Part shown: one piece after another, positions 48,282 to 57,011 of the stretch | How positions within the stretch are numbered: the first letter of the stretch is position 1 | How the letters are laid out: the number at the start of each line of letters is the position of its first letter | DNA from: Opitutus sp. GAS368 | Lineage (GTDB): Bacteria > Verrucomicrobiota > Verrucomicrobiia > Opitutales > Opitutaceae | Reading direction: 5' to 3' | Length of the DNA stretch: 64,000 bases | Assembly: GCA_945861645.1 (NCBI GenBank) | Contig: CAMAVZ010000003.1 | Coordinates: 1-64,000 of the forward strand | Notes under the pieces: generated by a model | Told to the model about the DNA's origin: nothing | The model's input: the letters and a program-made list of their open reading frames with translations, nothing else | The model's database searches: none | Translations under genes and position numbers: made by a program

Positions 48282-48307
48282 AAAAAGGCGCCCAGCGGCG
48301 CATTTTT
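48281..48307. terminator. Weak bidirectional terminator
   Basis: A-run, GCGCC-CAGC-GGCGC hairpin, T-run, between convergent genes. Confidence 0.45.
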
Positions 48308-48348
48308 AAGCTCACTGACCGATGGAATAAATCGGGCCGTGGCAGGAA

Positions 48349-49506
48349 TTAAGTTAACTTTGCGGCGACCGCGCGTTTCATGCGCTGGAGAGCTTCCTGG
48401 AGGGTTGCGCGAGGGCAGCCAAAGTTCAGGCGGACGTGGCGGCCGCGCGGTTCACCGAAAAAAGAACCTTCACTTAAGCCGACGCCATGTTGTTCAAAAT
48501 AGGCGACGGGGTCAGCGAGTTTCAGCGCAGCTACATTAAGCCACGCGAGATAAGTTGCCTCAATGGGCGCCTCGATGGTGATGCCGGGGAGCTCGCGTGC
48601 GACGAAATCAAGGATGAGCTCGCGATTGCTCCGGAGCGTTTGGAGCAAAGCTTGGCGCCAAGGCTCGCTATCACGATAAGCGGCCTCGCAGGCGGTAAAG
48701 CCTAAGGCGTTCACTTCGGCCATAATACCGGCTGAAGCGCGGATAAATTTGGCGCGCAGGGCAGCATCAGAAATAATGGCCATCGAAGTGCAAAGGCCGG
48801 GAACATTATACGTCTTACTCGGTGCCATCAACGTGATGGTGCGTTGGGCCAGGGCAGCTCCTAAAGAAGCCGCGGGGAGATGAGGGAGATCGTCCAGAAT
48901 CAGCCCGCAATGGATTTCATCAGAGCAGAGTATCAGATTATGGCGGATACAGAATTCGCCGAGGCGCTCGAGCTCTGCGCGGCGCCAGACGCGCCCGACG
49001 GGATTGTGCGGGTTGCAGAGAAAAAATAGCTTGGTGCGTGGGGTGACGGCTCGTTCGAGCGCCACCCAGTCAATTTCCCAGCGATGGGCGCCGAGGCACA
49101 GCGGCACCGACGTAGAAATTCTCCCGCTATTTTTTGGCCCAGAAATAAAGGGAGGATAAACCGGCGTCAGCGTCAGGACTTCTTCGCCGGGTTCGGCGTA
49201 AGCTTGCGCAGTTAAATTGAGCCCCGCCACTAAGCCCGGGAGCCACACGATCCAGGTGGGATCAATCGTCCAGCTGTAACGCTGAGCCATGGCATCGACA
49301 AAAGCATTTACCGTCGAAGCCATTGGGCGGGCGTAACCGTAAACACCTTCCGCCACGCGTTGCTGCAGGGCGGCCACGATGGCGGGGGAGGCCTTGAAGT
49401 CCATGTCGGCGACCCATAGGGGGAGAATGTCGCGGCCCGCATATTTCTGCCATTTCTGGGAGTCGGTGCCCAGGCGCTGAGGAACATGGTCGAAATCAAA
49501 GGTCAT
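48349..49506 (-). CDS. patB: MalY/PatB family PLP-dependent C-S lyase (cystathionine beta-lyase)
   Basis: PLWVADMDF, LCNPHNPVGRVW, SDEIH, APSKTYN.PGL, EATYLAWL, RLNFGCPR. Confidence 0.92.
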   Translation of the reverse strand: MTFDFDHVPQRLGTDSQKWQKYAGRDILPLWVADMDFKASPAIVAALQQRVAEGVYGYARPMASTVNAFVDAMAQRYSWTIDPTWIVWLPGLVAGLNLTAQAYAEPGEEVLTLTPVYPPFISGPKNSGRISTSVPLCLGAHRWEIDWVALERAVTPRTKLFFLCNPHNPVGRVWRRAELERLGEFCIRHNLILCSDEIHCGLILDDLPHLPAASLGAALAQRTITLMAPSKTYNVPGLCTSMAIISDAALRAKFIRASAGIMAEVNALGFTACEAAYRDSEPWRQALLQTLRSNRELILDFVARELPGITIEAPIEATYLAWLNVAALKLADPVAYFEQHGVGLSEGSFFGEPRGRHVRLNFGCPRATLQEALQRMKRAVAAKLT

Positions 49507-49692
49507 GGGTGAAGTCGGTAAGTAAAACTACGGACCGCAGGGACGCCACGGAAATTTTAAGTGGGGCGTCGGGGCGCCAAGCTGCCCCAGCGGGCGGGGT
49601 TAAAGCGAGTGATCGGTTAAGGACGAACGGATTGACGCTCGCGGGCGGGCCAGAAACATCGGCGCTAGCTATTAGGTCCCTTTCTTTTCCGC

Positions 49693-49925
49693 ATGGCGCC
49701 TTTAACCCTCCTTGGGAGTTTGCTTGGGCGGTGCTCAGCATCGGGTTGATCGATATTGTGCTGGCGAGCGACAACGCCGTGGTGATTGCTCTCGCGGTGC
49801 GAACACTCCCGCCGAAGCAGCGGCTGATGGGCATTTTGCTGGGTTCGGGGGTCGCGGTCCTGCTGCGTGTCAGCTTAACTTTTATCGTGGCAGCATGGCC
49901 CGAGCAAGGGACTGCTCAGGCCTAA
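49693..49925 (+). pseudogene. Truncated YjbE/TerC-family gene (N-terminal third only)
   Basis: LIDIVLASDNAVVIALAVRTLPPKQRLMGILLG..VAVLLRVSLTF matches the YjbE N-terminus, then stops. The nearest upstream ATG (49693) is out of frame. Confidence 0.75.
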
Positions 49926-49978
49926 ATTTTTTTGGCGATCGGCTGGGGTGCCGTAAGGCTGGGCCAATGTTTCAATAA

Positions 49979-50003
49979 AAAAGCCGGACTAAGTCCGGCT
50001 TTT
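49979..50003. terminator. Bidirectional rho-independent terminator downstream of the RRM gene
   Basis: AAAAGCCGGACT-A-AGTCCGGCTTTT perfect inverted repeat. Confidence 0.8.
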
Positions 50004-50044
50004 GAAAATCCTCAGAGGCAAGGAGCTTGCCGTGGTGTGATCAG

Positions 50045-50452
50045 TTATTCGCGACCGTAGCCGCCGCCATCGCGTTCACCCCCACCTTCACCGCGCCCGC
50101 CGCGATAACCACCGCCGCCGCCGCGCCCGCCGCGGCCACCACCACCACCGCGATAACCACCACCGCCGCCACCTTCGCCAAATGAACGGGGGGCGCGCTC
50201 TTCGCGGGGACGAGCGATATTAACGGAGAGGGCCCGGCCTTCGATTTCGTGGCCGTGAAATTGTTCAACTGCCTTTTGCGCCTCGTCGCCATTGCCCATC
50301 GTCACGAAGGCAAAGCCGCGGGAGCGGCCAGTGAATTTGTCGAAGATAATTTCGACGACATTGACGGTACCAACTTGGCCAAACAGGGCTTCGAGGTCCT
50401 GGGCGGTGCTAGCGAAGGGCAAATTCCCGACGTAGAGCTTACTGTTTTCCAT
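50045..50452 (-). CDS. RRM (RNP-1) RNA-binding protein with Gly/Arg-rich tail
   Basis: RNP2 KLYVGNL, RNP1 RGFAFVTM, VNIARPRE, RGG-rich C-terminus. Confidence 0.95.
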   Translation of the reverse strand: MENSKLYVGNLPFASTAQDLEALFGQVGTVNVVEIIFDKFTGRSRGFAFVTMGNGDEAQKAVEQFHGHEIEGRALSVNIARPREERAPRSFGEGGGGGGYRGGGGGRGGRGGGGGYRGGRGEGGGERDGGGYGRE

Positions 50453-50718
50453 GGGATGATGAGAGCTGATGATGTCGCCCGACCGCCCGTCTCCGAAACT
50501 CGGATTTCAAATCATCACTGAACTCAACGCTCACCTGACAATTCTCCGTAGCGATAGAATCTAACAAATAACCAACTCAACGAGGTGTAGGCTGGAGATT
50601 TAGGCGTTTTAGGCAAGCGATTTTCCCATGCCTCGCTGGCGGCCGGCGCCGTAAAAGGGGAGGCAGGGGCGCGCCGGTTGATGAAATATTTCGTGCACCG
50701 CTCGGCAGTTCGCCTAAG

Positions 50719-52602
50719 ATGGAATCTCCTATGTCCCGCCCAGATCCCATGCCGTTGCTTAATGCAGGGGACGGAGTTTTGGTGCGACGACTTTTCGGCC
50801 TAGCGTGGCGTTATCGCCTCCATTCGCTGCAGGTGCTCGGGATTCAGCTGATTCTGCTGACCCTTGGAATCGGCGGTCTCAGCTTCACGGGAGTCGGAAT
50901 CGATTATATTCGGCATCAACTTGACCACACGCCAGTGGTTGGCTCGCTGCCTAGGCTGCTGCCTACTGACTGGCCGCCGATGCACGTGCTGGCACTCTTG
51001 GCGGGGCTAATTTTGCTTTTCGCCCTCGTGCGCGCGGGGCTCAATTATATCTACGCAGTTTCGGTGAACCAACTAGTTCAGCAAAAACTTGTCGTCGATC
51101 TGCGCGGAGAGGTTTATGATAAGCTCCAGCAGTTAAGTTTTCGGTTCTTTGACGCGAACACGACCGGTTCAATTATTACGCGAGTAACCGGTGATGTGCA
51201 ATCGGTGCGTATGTTCGTGGATCAGGTGCTGATTCAGAGTGTGATCATGGTGATTTCACTGACCGCTTACGTTTTCTACATGGCGAGTCTGAGTCCTAGT
51301 TTGACGCTGGCTTGTTTGGCGACGACCCCGATCTTGTGGGTGTTGTCGGCGTGGTTCTCGCGGAAAGTTCAGCCGGAGATGTTGCACAACCGGACGCTCG
51401 TGGAGAAAATGGTCCAGATTTTGGCCGAGAGCATTCAAGGCATAGCGGTGACGAAGGGCTTTGGTCGTGAGGCGGAGGCCCGCGCGAAATTTGCGGCGGC
51501 GAACAACGCCGTACTCGCGCAGCAGGGAGATATTTTTTGGCACATGAGTTTGTTTTCCCCGGCGGTTGGCTTCCTGACGCGCATTAACATGATGGTTTTG
51601 CTGGGCTATGGCGGTTGGCTGGTGGCCCATGATCGCCTGCCGCTCGGGACTGGGCTCATCGTCTTTGCCGGACTCCTCGAGCAATTTTCTGGTCAGGTTA
51701 ATAACGTCGCGGGCATCGTTAATAGCGTGCAGCAATCGCTGATTGGCGCGCGCCGAGTGTTTGAAATTCTCGACGCGCCCGTGGAAGTGAAGAGTGCGGC
51801 TGATGCGGTGCGGCGGGTTAAGTTCGATGGGGCCGTCGAGTTTGTGAACGTTTCTTTTGCCTACGACGGGGCGGAAGCGGTGGTGCGCGACCTTAATTTA
51901 ACGGTGAAGCCCGGCCAGTGCGTTGCAATTCTCGGCGAAACCGGAGCAGGGAAGAGCGTCTTGATGAGTTTGATCCCGCGTTTTTTTGATCCCACGGCTG
52001 GGCAGGTATTAATCGATGGCCTTGATGTTCGGCGGCTCAGCCTCGAAGATTTGCGGCGTAATATCGGTTTGGTTTTTCAGGAAAGCTTCCTGTTTTCTAA
52101 CACCATTGGGGCGAATATTGCTTTTGGTCATCCGCGCGCGACCCGTGAGCAAATTGAGCGGGCGGCCAAAATTGCCGCGGCCCATGATTTTATCACGGCC
52201 CTCCCGCAGGGTTACGATACCGTGTTGGGGGAGAGCGGTAATAGTCTTTCGGGTGGGCAACGGCAGCGGTTGGCTATTGCGCGGGCCGTCTTGCTGGAAC
52301 CGGCCATTTTATTGCTTGATGATCCGACGGCTGCGATCGACAGCGAAACCGAACACGAAATTTTCGAGGCGCTCGATCGAGCGATTGCGGGTCGGACTAC
52401 TTTTATCGTAGCGCATCGCCTGAGCACCTTGCGGCGGGCTGATTTTATTATCGTGATGGAAGCCGGTCGCATTGTGCAGCGCGGCACGCATGAAGAATTA
52501 ATGCAGCGCCCCGGTCCTTATCTGCGGGTGGCCAATCTGCAGTTAGTCGATGGGCGTGATTTGCAGCTGCTCGGTTTAGCCGGCGGGGAGGCCACCCCAT
52601 GA
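50719..52602 (+). CDS. ABC exporter, fused permease-ATPase (subunit with degenerate Walker B)
   Basis: TM domain; Walker A GETGAGKS; signature LSGGQRQ; Walker B LLLDD. Confidence 0.93.
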   Translation: MESPMSRPDPMPLLNAGDGVLVRRLFGLAWRYRLHSLQVLGIQLILLTLGIGGLSFTGVGIDYIRHQLDHTPVVGSLPRLLPTDWPPMHVLALLAGLILLFALVRAGLNYIYAVSVNQLVQQKLVVDLRGEVYDKLQQLSFRFFDANTTGSIITRVTGDVQSVRMFVDQVLIQSVIMVISLTAYVFYMASLSPSLTLACLATTPILWVLSAWFSRKVQPEMLHNRTLVEKMVQILAESIQGIAVTKGFGREAEARAKFAAANNAVLAQQGDIFWHMSLFSPAVGFLTRINMMVLLGYGGWLVAHDRLPLGTGLIVFAGLLEQFSGQVNNVAGIVNSVQQSLIGARRVFEILDAPVEVKSAADAVRRVKFDGAVEFVNVSFAYDGAEAVVRDLNLTVKPGQCVAILGETGAGKSVLMSLIPRFFDPTAGQVLIDGLDVRRLSLEDLRRNIGLVFQESFLFSNTIGANIAFGHPRATREQIERAAKIAAAHDFITALPQGYDTVLGESGNSLSGGQRQRLAIARAVLLEPAILLLDDPTAAIDSETEHEIFEALDRAIAGRTTFIVAHRLSTLRRADFIIVMEAGRIVQRGTHEELMQRPGPYLRVANLQLVDGRDLQLLGLAGGEATP

Positions 52603-54452
52603 GTTTGCCCAAGCCATTAGCCCGGGCCATGACCCTCGTGCAGCATCCACGGGATGAAGATGCTGCTGATGAGCAATTCAAGCCGCTCGAATGGGGCCTG
52701 ATTCGCCGCCTCTTTACTTATACTGCTCCGATCAAGAGCAAGGTCATCATCTTGGTGGTCATGACCATTGTTCGCTCGGCGCAATTACCGGCGCTCGGCT
52801 GGCTCATGGCTTTAATTATTAAAGGACCAATTACCGGCCGAGATTTTGCCGGCCTCGCTTGGGGGGTGGCGGCGTACGGGGTCCTCGCGCTGACGACCGA
52901 TGGGCTGTTTCACTTCCGGCAGCGTTTTGCTTTAGAGATTGGGGAGACGGTGGTGAATGGTTTACGCGCGGAGATTTTCACGAAGCTGCTCCGTCAGCCG
53001 ATGAGCTTTTTCCATCGCATCAAGCTCGGGCGCATTATTGGCCGAGTCACGAGCGATGTGGAGGCCGTACGGACGGGGATTCAGGATGTGCTTTTTGTCA
53101 GCGTGATCCAATTCGGCTCGATGATATTTTCCGCTATTGTGATGGCGTGGAGCGACTGGGTGCTTTTTCTCGTCGTACTCGCGTTGGCGCCAGTGTTGTG
53201 GCTCATCAGCCGGCATTTTCGTTCGCGGCTTAGTCAATACTCGCGGGCTTCGCAGGAAAGTTTTAGTCGGGTCACCGCCACTTTGGCTGAGTCGGTGAAC
53301 GGCATTCGCGTGACCCAAGGTTTTGTTCGTCAGGAAACCAACGCCGGTTTGTTTCGCAGTTTATTGGCTGATCATGCGCGGTACAATATCGCCCTAGCGC
53401 GGACCTCGGCTATTCTCACCCCGCTCTTGGAATTGAACAGTCAGTTTTTCGTGGCCATTCTCCTCTTGGTGGGCGGCGGCCGCGTGTTTCACGGCGACAT
53501 GTCGATAGGCGGCCTCATCACCTTTTTTCTGCTGGCTAACCAGTTCTTTGCGCCCATCGCCATTATTGGTAATCAATACAATCAGGCGCTCATCGCGATG
53601 GCGGGCGCCGAGCGCGTCTTCCGCTTGATTGATGTCGTGCCGGATTGGGCGGATGCACCGACGGCCATTAATTTACCGGATCCGCGCTTGATCAATCCAT
53701 CGAGTGGGCGGGGGGCGCGGGTCGAGTTGCGTGGGGTGACTTTTGGCTATGACCCCGCGCGCGCGGTTTTGCATGACGTCAGTTTCGTCGCTGAGCCCGG
53801 TCAGACCATCGCGCTGGTTGGGCATACGGGCAGCGGCAAGAGCTCGATTATTAATCTGGTCGCCAAGTTTTATTTGGCCACTGGCGGCCAGGTGTTGGTC
53901 GATGATCGAGACATGCGGACCCTGACGGGCCAATCGCTGCATCGCCAAATGGGGATGGTCCAGCAACAGAATGTGCTCTTTAGCGGCACCGTGATGGAAA
54001 ATATTCGACTGAGTCGGCCGGAGGCCACGGATCAAGAGGTTCGCGCGGCGGCAGCCTCGCTAGCTTGTCTCGATCTGCTGGAGGCCTTGCCGCTTGGTCT
54101 GCAAACTGAGGTGGGGGAGAAGGGCGCGGGGTTGTCCGTTGGTCAGCGCCAGCTGATCTGTTTTACGCGAGCGCTGCTCGCGGATCCGCGCATTCTCTTG
54201 CTCGATGAGGCCACCAGTTCGATCGATGCCCTCACGGAAGCGCGCTTACAGCAGGCGTTGCAGAAATTACTGGTGGGCCGCACGAGTTTAGTGGTCGCCC
54301 ATCGCCTCAGCACGATTCGGCATGCGGATGTTGTCCTCGTGCTGGATCAAGGGCGGATTATTGAGCGTGGTTCGCATCATGAGCTCCTGATGCGCCGCGG
54401 ACATTACGCCGCCTTGTACCGTCAATTTGTGCAGGTGGACGATCAAGGGTGA
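52599..54452 (+). CDS. ABC exporter, fused permease-ATPase (partner subunit)
   Basis: ATGA overlap with the previous gene; Walker A GHTGSGKS; signature LSVGQRQ; Walker B LLLDE; VAHRLST. Confidence 0.93.
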   Translation: MSLPKPLARAMTLVQHPRDEDAADEQFKPLEWGLIRRLFTYTAPIKSKVIILVVMTIVRSAQLPALGWLMALIIKGPITGRDFAGLAWGVAAYGVLALTTDGLFHFRQRFALEIGETVVNGLRAEIFTKLLRQPMSFFHRIKLGRIIGRVTSDVEAVRTGIQDVLFVSVIQFGSMIFSAIVMAWSDWVLFLVVLALAPVLWLISRHFRSRLSQYSRASQESFSRVTATLAESVNGIRVTQGFVRQETNAGLFRSLLADHARYNIALARTSAILTPLLELNSQFFVAILLLVGGGRVFHGDMSIGGLITFFLLANQFFAPIAIIGNQYNQALIAMAGAERVFRLIDVVPDWADAPTAINLPDPRLINPSSGRGARVELRGVTFGYDPARAVLHDVSFVAEPGQTIALVGHTGSGKSSIINLVAKFYLATGGQVLVDDRDMRTLTGQSLHRQMGMVQQQNVLFSGTVMENIRLSRPEATDQEVRAAAASLACLDLLEALPLGLQTEVGEKGAGLSVGQRQLICFTRALLADPRILLLDEATSSIDALTEARLQQALQKLLVGRTSLVVAHRLSTIRHADVVLVLDQGRIIERGSHHELLMRRGHYAALYRQFVQVDDQG

Positions 54453-54588
54453 GTCGGCCCGGGTGAATTACGCGGAAAGGGCAAAAATAAATTAGGGGAA
54501 ACCCCTTTCATTTCCCCTCTGAAAAAAGATGATTCCCCTCTAGAAAATCGTTGCATTGCCCTAAAGCACTGCTATCAAGAATACCACT

Positions 54589-54858
54589 ATGGCAAAAAAA
54601 TCCACTCGTAAACCAAACGCCGCTTTCATGAAGCCGGTAACTCCCGATGCCAAGCTCGCGCTTGTCGTTGGTTCCAATCCGCTGCCCCGCACGGAAATGA
54701 CCAAGAAACTCTGGGTCTACATCAAGAAGAATGGCCTCCAGGACAAAAAGAATCGCCGCATGATCAATGCCGACGACGCCCTCAAGGCGGTCTTCAACGG
54801 CAAGACTCAAGTGAGCATGTTCGACATGACCAAGTTGGTCAGCAAGCACGTCTCGTAA
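54589..54858 (+). CDS. SWIB/MDM2 domain protein
   Basis: AFMKP..P...LA.VVG..PLPRTE.TKKLWVYIKKNGLQD.KNRRMINAD..LK.VF......MF.M.KLVSKH. Confidence 0.93.
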   Translation: MAKKSTRKPNAAFMKPVTPDAKLALVVGSNPLPRTEMTKKLWVYIKKNGLQDKKNRRMINADDALKAVFNGKTQVSMFDMTKLVSKHVS

Positions 54859-54885
54859 GACTTTTGCTTTTTAGCGAAATTCAAG

Positions 54886-54921
54886 AAACCGCCGCGGAGT
54901 AATCCGCGGCGGTTTTGTTTT
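54886..54921 (+). terminator. Rho-independent terminator
   Basis: AAACCGCCGCGGA-GTAA-TCCGCGGCGGTTT followed by TGTTTT. Confidence 0.85.
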
Positions 54922-55023
54922 AATGCGCCGCGCGGCGCGTAAAATAGCCTTCCATTAAGCCTTGCGGCTCGAGTGAGTCGTCCGCGGCTGCGGGGGTGCC
55001 TTGCTTAACTGTTTACTGATTTT

Positions 55024-55989
55024 ATGGTCGCCGATCATTCGCTGCACCGCCGAGCTGTTGGGATGCTCCTGCTCGCCAATTTGTATTGGGGGCTGAGTTT
55101 CCCGTTGGTTAAGTCGATCGCTTTAGTCCATGCGCAGCTGGTGCCGGCGAGTAGCACTTGGTTTATTGCCGCCTATACCATTGCCCCGCGATTTTTACTC
55201 GCGACCTTGGTGCTCACGGTAGTCTTGGGGCAGAAAATCCGCACCATCACGCGGCGAGAAATTGAGCAAGGCAGCTGGCTCGGGTTAATGGCCGGCGGCG
55301 GAATGCTCTTACAAAATGATGGACTCCAATTTACCTCGGTCTCGGTTTCATCTTTTCTGACCCAGCTTTACGCGATCATGATTCCCTTTTACTTTGCGTT
55401 GCAGCTCCGGCGCTGGCCCTCCCCGCTGATCCTCGGTTGTGCGGCGCTGGTTTTTGTCGGGGTTGCCGTGCTGGGGCGATTTGATTTTTGGGCCCTGCGG
55501 ATTGGGCGGGGTGAACTTGAAACACTCCTTTGCTCGGGATTCTTTATGGCGCAGATTTTGTTGCTCGAGGGCAAGCGCTACGCTGCCAACCGGGCGCTGC
55601 CGATTACCTTGGTCATGTTTGTGGTGGAAGCGCTGGTGTTTTCAATCGTATCGGGGGTCACGGCCCCTCAACTCAGCGATTTGCTGATCCCGTGGACCAA
55701 CGGTCCTTGGCTCGTGTTCACCGGCCTGTTGACGGTCTTCTGCACGCTGGGCTCTTTTATTCTAATGAATCAGTGGCAGCCAAAAATCACGGCCACCGAG
55801 GCGGGGCTCATTTACTGTTTGGAGCCGATCTTTGCTTCAATCATGGCGCTATTTTTACCAGCTATTTTTGCGGCGTGGGCTGGGTTCACTTACGCCAACG
55901 AACAGCTGACTTGGCATTTGTTGCTCGGCGGTGGGCTCATCACGCTCGCCAACGTGCTGCTCCAGCTCAACCCCCCGGCTAAAACTTAA
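55024..55989 (+). CDS. DMT/EamA family transporter
   Basis: WGLSFP, RF, LQNDGLQFTS, GELETL, AGLIYCLEPIFA; about 10 TM segments. Confidence 0.9.
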   Translation: MVADHSLHRRAVGMLLLANLYWGLSFPLVKSIALVHAQLVPASSTWFIAAYTIAPRFLLATLVLTVVLGQKIRTITRREIEQGSWLGLMAGGGMLLQNDGLQFTSVSVSSFLTQLYAIMIPFYFALQLRRWPSPLILGCAALVFVGVAVLGRFDFWALRIGRGELETLLCSGFFMAQILLLEGKRYAANRALPITLVMFVVEALVFSIVSGVTAPQLSDLLIPWTNGPWLVFTGLLTVFCTLGSFILMNQWQPKITATEAGLIYCLEPIFASIMALFLPAIFAAWAGFTYANEQLTWHLLLGGGLITLANVLLQLNPPAKT

Positions 55990-56022
55990 AGCGCTCCGGT
56001 GCGTGTTCGCCGGCCGAGTTTT

Positions 56023-56886
56023 TTAACTGGTCGCGGCGGCAAGCGGAGTGACGCGGCGTAAGGAATGAAGCGCGCGCCAGGTGACGGCCCCCACCACGAT
56101 AGCTCCGCCGACTAGGGCGAGGCGGCTGGGTCGTTCGCCGATGAAGAGCAACACCCAGAGTGGATTTAAAATTGGCTCGATGATCGGAATGAGCACGGCT
56201 TCAAGGGCGGTGACCTGCTTGAGCGCACGGGCATAGAAAAGATAGGCGAGGCCGAGTTGCACTAAGCCGAGTAAAAGTAACGCCACCATGCCGCTCGGGG
56301 CGAGGGCCGGGGCCGAACTCAGTGCAGGCAATCCAATGAGCAACGCGAGCCCGTTGCCTAAAATTATCGATTCAATAGGCGAGCCGTTCTTCTGCTTGCG
56401 GAGGAGCAGAATCATGAGACCGAAGCAGAAGCCACTCGCGATCGAGACGGCGATCCCGGTAAGATCATGGAGGCGGAGGCCATCAAAGAGAAAAACACCC
56501 ATGCCGATAAAGGTGGCGAGAATTGTCCACCAGTCGGCCCGTGAGGCGCGTTCACCAAGCAGCCAGGCACCTAAAAGCGCCACCCAAACGGGCGCGGTAT
56601 ATTGAAGAAGTATCGCATTGGCCGCCGTAGTAAGTTTATTGGCCGCAGCAAAAAGGATGGTGCAGCCGGCAAAAGCCACCGCAGCGCCGAGTTGCAGGGG
56701 CGACCACGTGAAGCGCAAGGTGCGCCAACATACGATGAGTAAAAATAGGGCGGCAATACCTCCGCGACCACCAGCCACGGCCAGGCTCGGCCAGGCCACG
56801 GATTTAAGAAGGACTCCGCCTAGGCTCCAACAAAGGGCCGCCAACAGTAAGAGGCCGACAGATTTTCGATGAGCAGGATCCTTCAC
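56023..56886 (-). CDS. DMT/EamA family transporter
   Basis: WSLGGVLLK, ANKLTTAANAILLQYTAP, EPILNPLWV...GE.P. Confidence 0.9.
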   Translation of the reverse strand: MKDPAHRKSVGLLLLAALCWSLGGVLLKSVAWPSLAVAGGRGGIAALFLLIVCWRTLRFTWSPLQLGAAVAFAGCTILFAAANKLTTAANAILLQYTAPVWVALLGAWLLGERASRADWWTILATFIGMGVFLFDGLRLHDLTGIAVSIASGFCFGLMILLLRKQKNGSPIESIILGNGLALLIGLPALSSAPALAPSGMVALLLLGLVQLGLAYLFYARALKQVTALEAVLIPIIEPILNPLWVLLFIGERPSRLALVGGAIVVGAVTWRALHSLRRVTPLAAATS

Positions 56887-57011
56887 GCAGAAACCACCTA
56901 TGACGAAATTAGAGCGGGGTGGGAACTCTGAATAATGGCCGCAAAGGCGACCTTGTTCAGAGGGGATGCTGCCCTAAATAACTAATCGTCTTAGCAGTTA
57001 GCCCCCGGAAA

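Noticed and set aside
50060-50180. GCC/ACC-rich tandem repeat
   Set aside because: Explained by the Gly/Arg-rich tail of the RRM protein.
54532-54546. Vector contamination (ATTCCCCTCTAGAAA resembles the pET T7 leader)
   Set aside because: The match is only 15 nt, the flanks do not continue into vector sequence, and it is part of a local direct repeat.
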